From Ancylonema sp. (Eukaryota): a stretch of 64,000 nt of DNA. The translations under genes were made by a program, and so were the position numbers. Shown piece after piece: positions 1 to 14,776 of this stretch (positions are counted from its first letter, which is position 1; the number at the start of each line of letters is the position of its first letter). The DNA lies in NCBI GenBank assembly GCA_050230475.1, contig JBFLGF010000108.1, positions 1-64,000 on the forward strand, given 5' to 3'. Under the pieces are notes generated by a model. That model saw nothing but the letters and a program-made list of their open reading frames with translations, was not told the origin of the DNA and made no database searches.

Positions 1-477
1 CGATAAAAGATGCTGGCTCAGAAAGAGCGTCAGCAGACAGATGTAAACAACAAATGTTGGCTCAGAGCGAGCGACAACAAACACACACACAGAAAGGAAA
101 TTGCCGGTTCGGAGCGAACGCAGGGAAATCGACAGATGCTTTACACACACACACACGCTTGCTGGCTCAGAGAGAGCGTGAGCGAATCGATGTAAGAAAT
201 TATAGTCGATTGCAAGGCTGGCTCAAAAAGAGCGTCAGCAACATATTCAAATGAATCAAATTACACACCCACACAGATTGCAAAGAATGATTTGCAAACT
301 TACCGTCTAGCTGACGGAGGTTAGGCTGAGACGAAAGACGAGCACGTTGCGGAGTCGCGTAAGCGAAGAGATGCAATATTCACAAAATTGCAAGGATTCA
401 GATAACACAAAAGATTGTTGGAAGAGATTTCTTAACAACGCAATTTGACAGCGGAAGCTGGCAGATCTGAAAGTACA
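1..477. repeat. LTR-like repeat fragment (ends ...AAGTACA) abutting a Copia remnant
   Basis: ~250-477 is closely similar to ~47058-47289, and both copies end at GCAGATCTGAAAGTACA; no coding signal. Confidence 0.6.
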
Positions 478-495
478 ATCAAGTAGTATGTTAGA

Positions 496-1513
496 TTGCG
501 CATTGGCGCATATTTGCAAGGGACACTGAGTTTTGGTCTGATGTACAAGAAGGATGCATCTCTACCGGTTTCTGGCTACTTTGATGCTAGCCATGGCGAT
601 GATTTTGACACTAGGAGGGGGCGAGCTCGCTATGTATTCCTGAGTGGAGGGGCAGCAGTCAGCTGGAAGAGCAGCTTGCTTGAAAGTGTTACTCATTCTA
701 GTTGTGGAAGTGAATATATGGCGTTAAGTGCACCAGGAAACGAGGCAGTATATCTTCATCAGATGCAAATGGAGTTGGGGATTGCTGGGGAACAAGGCGT
801 GCTGGTGTTGGGTGATAATGAAAGTTCTATGAAGTTGGTAGAAAACCCTGTGTTTCATAAAAGATCTATGCACATTGAGATCAAATGTCACTCCATCAGG
901 GAGAGGCTAGCCAAGAAGAAAATTTAGTTAAAGTTTGCGAGGAGTGAGGAGCAGGCTGCTGATATGCTCACAAAGGCTGTGTCAGTTCAGGTGGTGAAAG
1001 CAAATTGTGCCTTGGTTGGTTTGGTGACTGAAGAGTAGGGACCTGGAAAAATCGATTTCGGCACTTATCATTTTTGGATAGGGAAAAAGTTGACAGGAGG
1101 GGGTGTTAGTTTTTGAGAGTCTGGGAACTTCTGTCTTTAATATCGATATTAGGGCTTAAATTTAGATCGATTTTGTCGTTTTGCTTGTTGATATGATTAT
1201 GATGTTACTTCGGGCCACCTGGCAGTGTGTCGATAAGAGTAGGCAATGTGTGGATAAGATTAGGTGACTTGGCACAATACTTGAATACGATTGGTGTTGA
1301 CTTGTTAGTTCGTTCAGTAGAGATCTTTGACTGGGAGGGGGCACGGATCACACTCGATTGTACTCAGATTAAGCTTGCATGCAGAATTTTGCAATCATTC
1401 AATATATCTCAAACTTGCGCTTTTGTTGTGTGTGTTTGAGAAACTGTGAATGTTTGCTTCAAGTGTGTAAAGTATGTTACTTCTTGCATCGATTGCAGAA
1501 GATAGCAACAACA
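496..1513 (+). mobile_element. Ty1/Copia 3' remnant: RNase H, PPT and 3' LTR (1104-1513)
   Basis: ORF 496-927 has GYFDASHGDD..SWKS..SEYMAL..DNESS..NPVFHKRSMHI motifs; purine tract before TGTTAG at 1104; LTR ends ...CAACA and is related to the LTR at 9003. Confidence 0.9.
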
Positions 1514-2520
1514 TTAGGAAGTCATCAATCAATGAGTCAAACATTGTGAGTATTCCCTTCACACACTTGTTTGAGTCACGTAAAAAAATATAATTCATAC
1601 ATAGAAATTGAAGCCGAGCCCACTTCGCAACTTTGATATGACTATGACAAATTTCATTTGCATAGGTAATGCGAAGGTGACGATAATAATTCATGTGACG
1701 TGACTTGTGTCAGTCGGACATGACTTGTGTACACATTAGACATTTTGTTAAGAAATACTTTGTGAGTAAAGCATTACTAACACGCTTTATGTAATTATTA
1801 AATCAATCACAAAAGTAGCAGAATTATCTACTATGCATTGTCTAGATTGTCGTCCTAGTGGGTGCGACTTGAGAAGGCCCTTCAGGGTCACTTCTTCGTG
1901 AGCAATCAAACAAAACTCTATTGCCACTAGGATCGGACTAAACGTGTCTCAAGATGATCCGTATCACAAGAGGTACTCGCTACATTACACATATATGCAC
2001 AACCGAGTCCAACAAATATATCCATGAAGGAAAAACCTTGTTGACTAATTTTGTCACGATTCGAACATGTACCCCATGCACGTGCCTATCATGCAAAATC
2101 CGCTTAGCCAAGAATGGGATAGTGAAGCTCCACACCAAGTGCAGAAAAAGAATGTACCAAAATCTGGCAATTACCGCAGAAGATATGAATTCTGCAATCT
2201 TGCATAAGCCAAGTCATGACTTCCAACCTCACCTTTCCTCAAGACGACAATACTGATTCCCTCTACTCCCAAGTAAGCATCCACTGTGTCAAAACAAAAA
2301 GTCCCAACACACATCTAAAATGTTTTACAACTTGTTATACAAAAACAAAATCCATCTACTCAATAGTATTTCCACCCTCCAAACCACGCGTGTCACTCTG
2401 TGCATACAACCGTGATGAGTGATCATCATCACGTTTCCTCAAAGTAATCATCAAAGTACATGTCCAACCCATAAAAAGGTACAAGAGAAGCTACTCCTCC
2501 TTTCTTTCTCCATCCTCTGC

Positions 2521-4746
2521 CTACATGGACGCCTTGGTGGACAGCTTGGTGGCAAGATTCTTGGCCAGCCCCATGTCCGCCTTCAACCACAAACCAAGAA
2601 AAAAATAATACCTGTCAAAACCCCACCCCAGCCCCAGCCCCAGCCCCAACCCCAGCCCCACAGTTACCCCCATCCCTCCCTCACCTGTGAGAAGTAGGAC
2701 AACCAAATGCTGCGGATCTCTGGTGTCACCTTCGGGTCCGACAGCATGCCTGCGATACGCGTGAGGAAGCGCTGCTGACGTGCAGAGTCCCACGACCGGT
2801 ACCGTACGCCCGGCTGCGCAAAGTTGTTCTCCTTGTCCAGGATGGCACGCTCACGTTGACCCGACAGCTGGCTGCGCGGCATGGGGACCGCCTCCGAGTG
2901 TCTGACGGGATCGAACCTGGAGGGGAAGTAGTTCACCTCCTCGTCCCTGTGCATGACGTTCATGAACCCCTCGTGGTGGTTGTTGTGGTGCGCGTTCTTG
3001 GGCGCGTTCACGGGCAGCATGAGGTAGTTGGGGCCCAAACGGTGGCGCTGGGAGTCGGAGTAGGAGAAGATTCGCGTCTGCATCATCTTGTCGTCCGAGT
3101 AGTAGATCCCAGGGACCACGATGCCGGGGCAGAAGGCAAGCTGCTCGTTCTCCGCAAAGAAGTTGTCGATGTTGCGGTTCAGCACCATGCGACCCACGGG
3201 CTGCAGGGGGAAGAGGTCCTCGGGCCATATCTTGGTGTCGTCCAGCGGGTCGAACTCGTACTTGTCCTCGTCCGCAGGGTCCATGGTCTGAATCAGGAGC
3301 TGCCACTCGGGGTAGTTGCCAGCAGAGATGGCGTCCTGCAGGTCCTGTGTAGCGTGGCTGTGGTTGCTGCCGCCCACCACCACTGCCTCGTCGTCCATGA
3401 GGTTCTTCACACCGCAGGTGGGCTTCCAGTGGAACTTCACGTACGTCTCCTTGCCAGACTTGGTGAGCAGCTTGAAGGTGTGGACCCCACACCCCTCCAT
3501 GTGGCGATAGTCGGAGGGGATGCCGATGTCGTCGAACAGGAAGGTGAACATGTTGAGGGCCTCGGGCACGTTGGAGAAGAAGTCCATGATGCGCCACGCC
3601 TCCTGGATGTGCGTCTTCGGGTTGGGCTTCAGCGCGTGCACCATGTCGGGGAACTTGATGCCGTCACGGATGAAGAAGACGGGGATGTTGTTGCCCACCA
3701 TGTCGAAGTTGCCCTCCCGCGTGTAGAACTTCACGGCAAAACCGCGCGGGTCGCGGATGCTCTCGGGGGACCCCCTTTCGTGGATGACGGTGGAGACTCG
3801 TACGATGAGGGGGGTCTGGACCCCGGGAGCGCGGAGGAAGTCGGCGCAGGTGAGGTGGGAGATGTCGTGGGTGACCTCGAAGAAACCCTTGGCGCTAGCG
3901 CCGCGGGCGTGAACCACGCGCTGAAAGGGAAAGGAAAGCAGGGTGGGGAACGGTTGCAGACAGGGGATAGTTTCCCAACTCCACTAGGACCCCCCACCAA
4001 GTATGTTCTGTAGGGCGAAGTGAATAGTCGAACAGTTTTGCGACGTCGTGAGTTGATAAAACGAGAGGAGAACCTAAACGTGGGGGAACGCAGGTGAAAA
4101 GACTTCAGTGCTGATTGTTGCAGAGTGCTCCGACACTTTACGTCGCCTACCTCTGGGATACGCTCGCGGTCAAACTGTGCGAGCTTTTCCAGGAGGTGGT
4201 AGTCCTCCAACAACACGGGGCCTGCACTCAGCATTGGAAAACTATTTCTCTCTGCTCGAATTCCATAGCAATCCTTCCGACTTGAATTAACCAAAGAGGG
4301 GCAACAAAACTTCCTCTTACTACTCCAGAAATTTTACTTCAAACTTTCCTGATTATTTTCGAAATGTAGTGAACGCAAGTTGCCGAAGAGTTCCCAGCGT
4401 TCCGAACAAGCAAGACACTCGGCCTATGGTTGGCTGCGTCATTCGTGGGATGCTCTAAAAACCTAAAAAAAAACGTGCGCCACTACAGCAAGCAACTGCA
4501 AGAAACTCCAATTTGTACCGGAAAGCATACCTCTGGCCCCAACTGTTAATGACTGGTTGTTGTTCCATACGGGAGCCCCGCTGTTAGTAGTCCAGAACGG
4601 AGAGTTGTAGGCACTCGATGGCCGGAACTGCGACATAAACATCCCGTCGTCAGAAGAAATAAGGAAATAAGTCACAACATCATCGCAAGCAATGAGCAAC
4701 GATTTTTGTCAACCAAGGTTTTAGAACAGACCTTGTAGGGGTCCAT
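2521..4746 (-). CDS. CAT: Catalase (plant-type heme catalase), 5 exons: 4746-4732, 4627-4531, 4221-4151, 3920-2685, 2580-2521; 492 aa
   Basis: [22 protein letters not shown]..|[44 protein letters not shown]; all introns GT-AG and in phase; exon sum 1479 nt with no internal stops. Confidence 0.97.
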
Positions 4747-4986
4747 GGTTACGGTGGTAGAAATTAGTCTGCAGAAATTTCACAGTGAGAAGTTGCCTAC
4801 GACGTCCAATTCGAATGTCAACAACGCAGATTTCGATGCAATTAGCGCGTCTTGGAGCCTTCTTTCTGCTGAGACATGAGTGTGGTCCCTACTGACGTCA
4901 CTCCGCATCCTTGGCAACGTGGATTCAGCGGAAACATCCAGGGTACCAGGGTTTCTTACCCTGACCCTGGCCCTGACTATGGGAAC

Positions 4987-6092
4987 CATAGTTGGCCCCG
5001 CCCCGGGCGAGAAATTTCCCGCCTGGGGCGGGACGCGGGGCGGAATTTTCGGGGCGAAGCCATAGGCCAAAATACAAACAATAAAAAAATGCCGCAATGC
5101 GGAGATATGGTTGGTTTTGTCAAAAAATGACTTCTTGCACAATTGCATCATACGCCATAATTCCGACATCATCTAATGTCACCCATGAGTCCGACTCCGT
5201 GGCGTGGTGTGGTATATAGTGCTCCCTCGATATAACGACCCTCGATATAACGACAACCTCGGTATAACGACAGTTTTTTTGAACTTTTTTTAATTCAATA
5301 TGAAATCGCCCTCGATAGAAGCATAACGACACTCTAAAAAATGACAAAATTATTTCATAAATTTGTTATCGAATTTCGTTATACTGTGTATACAACGCTA
5401 TTGCTCGCAGATAACGATGTACGAAAACCGAGAAAAATATAGAATTCTAAATATAGAATTATATTTAGGTCCAAAAGAATGTGCGTGTCCGGTGTTGCTT
5501 TGAAACGACATTGATACCTCCTCAACTCTCCTCGTAAAATTTTGTGGTATATTTTGTCCATCCGCATGTATTGGTATCATTACGCATTTGTATAGCTCGT
5601 AGACCAATACACACGCTGAATTTAATAATCATTCCAAGGAAACTTACTATAGGAAGCACATAATAAGCACATTTGCTCATTTACTTTGGTTGATTCGCAA
5701 AGTCCCTCGATACAACGACATAGATTTCAAATTCTAGTAGTAAATGTCGTTATACAGTGTATAACGACACCTCGATATAACGACACTTTTATGGGAAAAA
5801 AAATTGTCGTTATATCGAGGGAGCACTGTAATGCGATACAAATAAAAATCAAAAAAACAAAACTTGAGATATACAAAAGAATATTACACGGGTAAAGATG
5901 GCAGGCGTACTTAGTGTTATAAAATCTTGAATACTTGTCGGATTCGAATTTTAAAAAAATGTACATGATCTACGTGATCTTGGGGTCCTTTACCAAAAAA
6001 ACCTAAAAAAGTTATACGACCTCGCCCCGGGCGGGAAAATTTTCGCCCGGGGCGGAAAGCGGGGCGGGATTTGCGGGGCGGGGCCAACTAAG
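4987..6092. mobile_element. Non-autonomous hAT-like element upstream of catalase
   Basis: TIRs CATAGTTGGCCCCGCCCC / GGGGCGGGGCCAACTAAG; perfect 8-bp TSD ATGGGAAC (4979-4986, 6093-6100). Confidence 0.9.
5217..5828. mobile_element. Tc1/pogo-like MITE nested in the hAT element
   Basis: TIRs TAGTGCTCCCTCGATATAACGAC / GTCGTTATATCGAGGGAGCACTG, flanked by TA on both sides. Confidence 0.88.
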
Positions 6093-8875
6093 ATGGGAAC
6101 AAAATTAAAACGAGACATCGACACCGATGATTCGTTATACCAGCTTACTCTCGCTTAGCACGTGTGAAACCACCGTCCTCCCAGTTGCGGTGTCCATAAT
6201 TTGGCAAAATCGTGATGGGCAGTAATCATGACATATCATGATTACTGTTGGTCGTAATGGTTGGGCATTGGCCGTAAAGGTCGGCAATTAGCGAGCGGAA
6301 CACGGTTTCCATAATTCCGAGACGCTGACCAATGAGATTCGAGTATTTTTCCAAATTCTATAATGGCTGGCCATTATCGAGATCCTGTGCGGTCTCCATA
6401 AAGTCACAAACTGGGGGTTTCAAACAAACGGTTTCCATAAATACACCCCAGTTGTTTGTCGCGTTGTGGAGATAATAGGCAGCCATTATCCGCATGATGC
6501 GGGCTCTAGCAAAACTCGTCAATTCCTTAATACCTGGGGGGGGTAAGGTATTAAGGAATCGTAATGGCCAGGCATTATGAAATGTTCACACGTGCAGCGC
6601 GCTTCGCAGAAATTTGCACAGAGGACCACGCTGCGCAGCACAGCGTGGCCCACTTCTCCTCGTTAGTCAGGGGTCCTGACACGATTTGTCCGCATCGTGT
6701 GGATTCTACGCCATTTATTCTAAAATTTTCAGGGATCGATTGCTTTGGACAAAGGCTACCTTCTCGGGAAAAAAAAACAGAAATTGGTCATTTTTCAAGC
6801 TTTTTTCGGCAGTCGCGCAACTTCTGGGGTCATTATCAATTTCTAGAACTGTAATTTTTTCTGACGCTCAAATTTAATAATTCAAATCATTACTGAAACC
6901 TGCTGGAAAGGGCATTCAAATCCACCTTTCCGCTGTCAAAGCAGACAAGGATTAGTGAAGAGCGGGTAAATCGTGAACTCATGGCCCGCTGTGAGAGGAA
7001 CCCTGCCTGACAACTGACGAGGAGGATGACGTGACAGGGATTATCGCTAATGACGAGGTTCCCCGGTCACGCGGTAATGGTTGGCCACTACGCTGTCGTC
7101 ACACCGGAAAGATGACGTCAATTAGATGGACACCCAGGAACTCTTAATTTTAAATTGTCGGCGGGAACCCGACTACCTGGGAAAATATCTTTATAATGGG
7201 TACCCATTAAAAATTGTCAAATTATGGAAACCGCAAGTGGGAGGCTCACGCCCTTCGACGGAGTCCGGCGGTACAATGTTGTCTTTCCTGCCTCCTCTTC
7301 TCCTCCCTACGAGAAGCAACGCTCATAAATACCACGCTTATAACATTTAAGCGTGGAGGCAGAGGAAGCGGACAACATCGTTTTGGTGCAACTGAAGTTA
7401 TCTTCTTGTTCAAGGCTGTTCGTGAAATCCAACTCTCCGGATCACCACAAAGCCTGGTTGGTATGGCAGATCGCAAAGTGAACGGAGGAATGTAGGAGGT
7501 AGCAGGTGCTTTTATTCTACACGTGGATGGACCGCTTTCTCAGCCAGCACATAATAGCTCAACCGATATCTCCTCTGACCCGTATTTGTCTTCGTTGCTT
7601 GTCTTAACAGCAGACCGCGAATGAACTTTGTCTGTCGCTGTCCCGTTGGTATGCATGTCTGATTTCAGTGTGATAGCGGTCTGGAGCTTTGCGAAAGCAG
7701 TCCTCCTGCAGGATGCCTCCTGCAGGTGTGGACATATCGAGATGATATGCTCTGCGATCGACGCGTTTTGTTTGTCGCGGAATTTTGTTTGTTGTATTAT
7801 ATATTTGTGCGATGTTGTACGTGCATCGCCTTTGAACAATAGATTTGGCCGCCGGATAATAATTTGTGTACACCTTCTATCACTTTTAACGCTTGGGCTA
7901 CAATTTCTACTATATACTTTTGGATTATGCTTAGTATATTAAGATTTTTGGCGCCGTGTATGACTTGCCCGAAGTGCAGAATGCAGGTAATTGGGATCGG
8001 GATGTGGTACCACATGGTTGGAGATCAACATTGGTCATCGGGGCATTGTGCAATGGATGCTTGAGAGACACCTAGACCATACGAACCACTAGATTGTGTC
8101 GAACGATCTCGCTTGAATTGAATTGCGATGGTCATGGGAGTGCCTTGTGGAGGTGAATGCGTACGGAAGCTTCTAGCATCTGGTCGAATGCAATGAGAAG
8201 GAGCAATGCTATGTGGCTGAGGTAGGGTTTTTTTTTTTTTTCAAGAATGTCAATGTAAATGTAAAGTGTCTCATTACGAAAGAGATCCGTGCAGGAGATT
8301 GTTGCTCTACGCGAGTGAAGTGGCTGGTACCAATGAAGGAGATGAGTGTAGGGATGGAACCTCGTAAGAATGGAAAGATGGGGGGGTCCCCCCAACTTCC
8401 CCCCTTGTCCTGCCATCCTCTTTGTACAGGGGGGCTCAGCCGAGTTGGGTCGTCCTCAGCCGTCCGAGCTGGAAAGGTTGCAATGGGGAGCAGAGGGCGA
8501 CTGGGGGAGGTTGGGCATTGTCTGGAAACTGACCAGTGCAGCGCCGCGTTCAGCCTACACCTAGGCACCCATAGTCACAAAACCACACTTTGTCACTTTG
8601 ACACGGAACCAACCGAGTGTGGTGCCCATTTGTAGAGAACATGTAATATAGCACATGGGTTTTACACTTGTTCAACCTCTATCTTCTCCAATTGCCGCAA
8701 GTGGGCTTGGGGGTTGGGTAGTATAGACATGATTTAATGAGGTGATGTAGTTATTCTTGAAAGATAACACAACAGCCTAAAACTTCAATGAACTATGATG
8801 TCATGTAGATGAAGGCGGTATGCATACACTCAAATCTAAATTGCTAATTTGATGTCCACCCTTTTTATACTAGTA

Positions 8876-11800
8876 CCGTAGTGGCCACACATAATGACCC
8901 GGGTGTTTGAAAATGAATTGATTTAGCTTTCATTTACCACAATATAAAATGATCCACTTTTTACAAAGAATTGATTATTTAAATTTGACCCGACCCGCCC
9001 GCTGTTAGTTTTAGGGGCTGTGAACTTTTTTCGTTATATCGATTTTAGCAATACCGGGAATTTAGCTTTAGTTTTGTCGTTATTCAGCAAGTGCAGGCTG
9101 CAGGCAGGCTGCAGGCCGGCTGCAGGCCGACGTCCTTGTTTTAATGATTACTTGGCCATCTGGCACAAGTGTCGATATGAACTAGTTGATGTGGCAGAAT
9201 GCTTAGATATGATTGGCAATTGACGAAGTAGTTTCGATACCTAGATTCTTTGATCAGGCAACAATCGACTGTATAGGTCTGAGCTTGTATGCTGAATTCT
9301 GTAATCAGACTTTTCTACTTCAAACTTGCACTTTTGTTGTGCAACGTTTGTAATGACGTGATCTGTTTGATTCAAAGAGATTAAGAAGAAGTAAACTTTA
9401 TTCTTGCATCGATGGCATAAGAAAGTTCTAACAATGGTATCAGAGCACGGTACTGCATTCTGGATACTACCTTTCAAGCATGGAGATCTAAGGCCTCTGC
9501 TACTCTTAATGATGTTGAGTGCCTTGAGATCTGCAAAGGACCAGAGACTATACCAACTGAGGTTACAACCAGATATGATGATGAACACTGGCCAACAAAT
9601 GAAGCAGAAATGGAGCAGTATACACTTGATATCAGAAGCTTCCGCAAAAGATCAAAGAAGGCAGTCATGCTACTCATGCAACTTGTCAGTGACGACATCG
9701 CTACATCACTTGAACAATTTGAACGAGATCCAAAGGCGATGTGGGACTATCTGACAGAGGAAGTATGACAAGGTGTCTCCAGAACTTCGACAGATTGCAA
9801 AAGAAAAGCTGAACTCTTTCAAGATCGATGAAAAGATGCCAGTGAGAGAAATCAAGAATACCTTTTTGTCGATCATTAGAGAGTGTGTACATCAAAAAAA
9901 TCTAGTCAGCGTAGAAGATCAAGTGATGGCATTGTTTGCTGGCATGTCAAGAACAAAATACGGCAGGTTGAAGAAGCTTTACTATGGACAGAAAGAGGCA
10001 CCTGAGATCAGCTGGATCTGGGGGCAGATGGGAATGGATGAGTTGGACGACAAGAAAGAAATGGAGTCAAAGATGCTGAGGCACTAGTTGTAGAGGCAAA
10101 CTATGCTAAGTGGTCAGCGCAACAAAAAATTTCAAGCCAAGGCAGAGGTGGTGGTATCGACATCGTGGAGCAGGGGTACATTCAGAGGGTATTTAGCAGA
10201 TAATCGTGGAATCAGAGGTGGTCGTGGAGGCAAAGGTGGAGGCACTGGTTCAAGTGGAGGACATTCCTGCTACACTTGTGGAGAGACACGTCACTACAGC
10301 AGAGACTGCTCCAAGAAAAACGAAGAATGCAGATATTGTGGAGCCATAGGTCATGTGGAATTCACCTGTTTCGACAAGAAAAACGAAGCTCCACGAATGC
10401 AGAGAAAGGGGGTACGCAGTGGGAGAAAAACAGCTTTCGTTGGTGAAATCGATGAGGAGAAAAGCTGTGGTCATGGAGAAGCTGTCATCGCTAAGATCTG
10501 TGCAGGAAATGTTGCAGATGACGATGATGCAGAAAAAGATTTCCTTTTCGACGATGGTTCCAGTCACCATTCGTGTGGGCAGAAAAATCTTTTCAAAATC
10601 CTCGAAGACATTCCACCACGAGGTCATCATGCATCATCTGGTCGGAAGTGTGCGAGTGAAGCAGTGGGGAACAATTTGAGCTAAATACTGAAGGAGAGTG
10701 TGGAGGAGTAACACTCAATAAATGTTTGTACATTCCTGGGATGCGCATTAATTTGTTCAGCGGTCAGAAAGCGAGAGAAGCGGGGTGGTCTTACACTTGC
10801 AGTGGAAAAGCTGGTGGCATCATTCCAGTTTACAACAAATCTGGACAACAAGTCTGCACTCTGCAAGAAACATCGAGACATGTCGAAAAACTCTCATCTG
10901 CACACCGGTTCGACATGAGCAACTTACTGAAGGGGAAGCTGTTGTAGCTACTGTCGAAATCAACCTCCTGCACACAAGACTTGGGCATGCAAATGAGAGA
11001 GTGCTCAAAAATCTGGCACGACAACATCTTGTACGAGGAAGGAGGCATCTCAGGAGTTCCGCAAAACTGTGAAGGGTGCAAGCTAGGGAAGGCACACGAC
11101 AAACCTCATCCTTGACGAGAAGCTGGTGCAAGAGAACAAGTCTGCCTGGGAAGAGTGTTGGTGGACTTGGCAGGGCCGTTCAATCCAGCATCAATAGGGG
11201 GAGGAGTGTACAACATGGTGCTCGTCGATGAATACAACCGAAAATGGGTGGAAATACTTCGCAGCAAAGATGATGCACCTCCTCGTCTGAAGCAATGGAT
11301 CGCAATCTGGGAAAGACAAGCTGGGAAACCTGTTAAAAATATGAGATCAGATCGAGGAGGAGAGTTTATCGATGGTGATCTGCAAAAGTGGCTCAAAAAT
11401 AGAGGCATCAGACATGAGACAACTCCACTCCGCCAAACACTCCTCAAGGCAATGCAATCACAGAGCGCATGAATCGTACGTTGCAAGACGGGGCTCGCGC
11501 TATACTTTTGCACATGCAACTTCCTCCTGGTCTGTGGGCAGAAGGAATCTCCTTAGCTTCATATCTCAGAAATCGATGTCAAGTCAGCGGTCTTCCAAGG
11601 ACTCCAGAGGAGATGTGGTCAGGAGAGGTTTCAAAGGTTGATCATATTCGATCATTCGGCTGCTAAGTTTATGTGCGACTCGAGACACAAGATCGGGCTG
11701 GGAAAATGAGTGCACTGGCTTGGCTTGGTGTGTTAGTTGGATGGAATCCCGACACTCCTTGCTACCGAGTCTGGGATCTTGCAACGAACAAAGTACACAA

Positions 11801-14509
11801 CGTTGGCACTGGACATGCAGACTTCGATGAATCTGTCAAACCAAGCTAGTGGAGGGGACATAAAATTGGCAAGAAGGCAAGAGTGCATGAGCCAGTTGCA
11901 TGAAAAAAAATGTCATGGCCAGATCTGTATGCAGTTGATCAAGGAGCAGGAGGGGGTAGTATTGGTCTAGGAGGGGGAAATTCTGGAGGTGGGCAACCTG
12001 CCTATGGCGATCCAAATTTTGTCGATGAAGAGATCCCTGATGCTGTGGGAAATCCATTACCACAGCTTCCGAGATCTCCTCTTCCTCAGAGTGCGGATCT
12101 TCCAAAACTTGTCAGCAATTCTAGTGGAGACGATGAGGACGAAGATCATCTGGAAGATGGTCCAAAATGGTATCCAGATGATGCTACTCCTCTTAATCCA
12201 CTTGGCGTGAACGACAAATTTTCAGAAACTTCTATCGATGATCTTGAGCCTATTCGTCGATCTCCAAGGGAGAACAGAGGAATGCATCCCAACAGAGTTG
12301 CTGCTGCTTTTGTTGCCAACTTGGAAAGTGAGATAAAGACACCAACGATTATGGAGGAAGCTCTTAACAGCCCACAAGTTTCTGAGTGGAAAGCTGCAAT
12401 GGCTGCAGAAATGGCAAGCCTACAAGAAAACCAGGTCTTTCGACTTGTACCAAGGCCGAAGGGGAAAAAAGTTGTGAAGTCAAAGTGGGTGTTCAATATC
12501 AAATTCAATGCAGATGGTTCTGTAGAAAAATACAAAGCAATAATTGTGGCTAAGGGATTCAGTCAAGTAGAGGGAGAGGACTACGATCAGACCTTTTCTC
12601 CAACTGTTCGTTTTGAGAGCATTCGCCAACTTGTGGCCATGGGAGCTTCCAAGGGTCTACACATGCATCAGATGGATGTAACGACAGCTTTTCTCTATGC
12701 ACCCTTGGAAGAGGAGGTGTACATGGAGGCCCCTAACGGCACGTGTGGGCCTGCTGAAGCAGATTTGGTGTGGCTACTACTCAGGTGCTTGTATGGCCTC
12801 AAGCAGGCATCGAGAGGATGGAATCAGCACATCGACGACGCGCTGAAAAGCTTGCAGTTTCATCGTCAGGCTTCAGATTTTGGCCTTTACATTATGGGAG
12901 AAGGGCCAGAAGCACTCTACTTGGCGCTCTATGTGGATGATGTGTTTCTCCTCTGCATCAGGCTGGATACTATTTTTGGGGTGAAAAGATGGCTGGGAAA
13001 GAAGTATAACATGAAAGACTTTGGGGGAAGCAAAATTATTGATGGGGCTTGAGATTCGACGGCAGTCTGATGGAAACGTGTTTTTAGTGCAAGAGAAATA
13101 TGCCAGAGATCTCCTCACCAAGTTTGGGATGCAAGATTGCAATTCTGCTTCTACTCCTCTTGAGCTGGGTGTCAAATTTTCTGCAAACTGTGAATCTGCT
13201 TCTGAATCTGCTGGAATAGAGGGTGTGGGCTACAAGTCTGCAATGGGCAGTTTGCTATATCTCACTTCTGGAACAAGACCTGATTTGGCAACTGCTGTTA
13301 ACTCCTTGTGTCGATACAGTCAACAGCCAGGGGACAAGCATTGGGAGGGGGTAAAGAGAGTTTTGGGATATCTCAAGGGAACTGTCAATTTGGGGCTGAT
13401 GTATAAGAAAAGAGGTGATTTGCCAGTCATTGGTTACTCAGATGCTAGTCATGGTGATGACGTCGACACTAGGAAGGGGAGAACTGGCTATGTCTTTCTT
13501 AGTGGAGGAGCTGCTGTGAGCTGGAAAAGTGGTCTCATGGAAACAGTCACACACTCAAGCTGTGAAAGTAAGTATTTGGCATTGAGTGCTGCTGGAAATG
13601 AGGCCATTTATTTGAGCTAGATGCAAAAGGAGTTGGGTATTGGTGGGGGGGGTGTGCTATTGCTGGGAGACAATGAGAGTTCTTTGAATCTTGCTGAGAA
13701 TCCTATTTTTCACAAGCAGCGCTCCAAACACATCGAGATAAAGTATCATTCCGAGAGAGGGTGTCCAAGAAAAAAACCAGTCTACAGTTTGTCAAGAGTG
13801 AAGACCAGGCTGCTGATATGTTGACAAAACCAGTGTCTGTCAAGGTGTTGAAGAAGAATTGTAATCTGGTGGGGTTGGTGTATGAAAAATAATTGTAGAT
13901 GGTTCATTGATCAATTTATTTGGCTGAGGTTCTTACTTATAGTGAGTTTTTTTGTCGACTTGTGTTTGTAAAATCGATATCGTTTTGGTTATCGTTTTTG
14001 GAGGGGGAATACAAAAGTACCTAGGGGGGGGGTGTTAGTTTTTAGGGGCTGTGAACTTTTGTCGTTATATCGATTTTAGCAATACCGGGATTAGCTTTAG
14101 TTTTGTCGTTATTCAGCAAATGCAGGCTGCAGGCAGGTTGCAGGCCGGCTGCAGGCCGATGTCCTTGTTTCAATGATTACTTGGCCATCTGGCACAAGTG
14201 TCGATAAGAACTAGTTGATGTGGCAGAATGCTTAGATATGATTGGCAGTTGACGAAGTAGTTTCGATAGCAGTAGATTCTTTGACCAGGCAACAATCGAC
14301 TGTACTAGGTCTGAGCTTGTATGCTGAATTCTGTAATCAGACTTTTCTACTTCAAACTTGCACTTTTGTGTCAACGTTTGTAATGACGTGATTTGTCGAT
14401 TCAAGAGAGAGATTAAGAAAAAGTAAACTTTATTCTTGCATCGATGGCAGAAGAAAGTTCTAACACCCGCCCTTTTCAGGGTCATGAGGGTCATGTGTGG
14501 CCAATACGG
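8876..14509. mobile_element. CCGTA-terminus MITE (Tc1/mariner-like) split by a Copia insertion
   Basis: Left end TA|CCGTAGTGGCCACACATAATGACCC, right end GGGTCATGTGTGGCCAATACGG; same family at 14777, ~55573 and 60549. Confidence 0.75.
9003..14465 (+). mobile_element. Full-length degenerate Ty1/Copia LTR retrotransposon (LTRs 9003-9433 and 14033-14465)
   Basis: TG..CA LTR pair; 5-bp TSD CCCGC; PBS TGGTATCAGAGC (tRNA-iMet) 9435-9446; G-rich PPT; gag zinc knuckles, integrase, RT (HQMDVTTAFL, YVDD) and RNase H in order, with frameshifts and stops. Confidence 0.97.
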
Positions 14510-14776
14510 TGTATGCAAACAAGAGACGTGAATTGTGGAGTCCAATATAGATGGTGAACTCACCGAGTTTCGAATCCGGCGTCCGTTGTCTTTCGCCTAC
14601 ACTTAGTGTGTTGGCTACCCCCCCCATGGTCATTATCCATTGCGCATACGCCCACTCATTGTGTCTCTTACTCACCTCTTGTTTTACCACAAATATTCCA
14701 TTTGTGGTGGTGTCTATCAAATTCGAAGCGAACTAATTTGTATAATTCACACAAATGATGAAAGGAAAAATGTCTA

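Noticed and set aside
2851..4013. Long alternative-frame and antisense ORFs over catalase
   Set aside because: Shadow ORFs caused by high GC at third codon positions.
7100..8640. Splice-site-like signals suggesting a small + strand gene
   Set aside because: Could not assemble a stop-free, recognisable reading frame.
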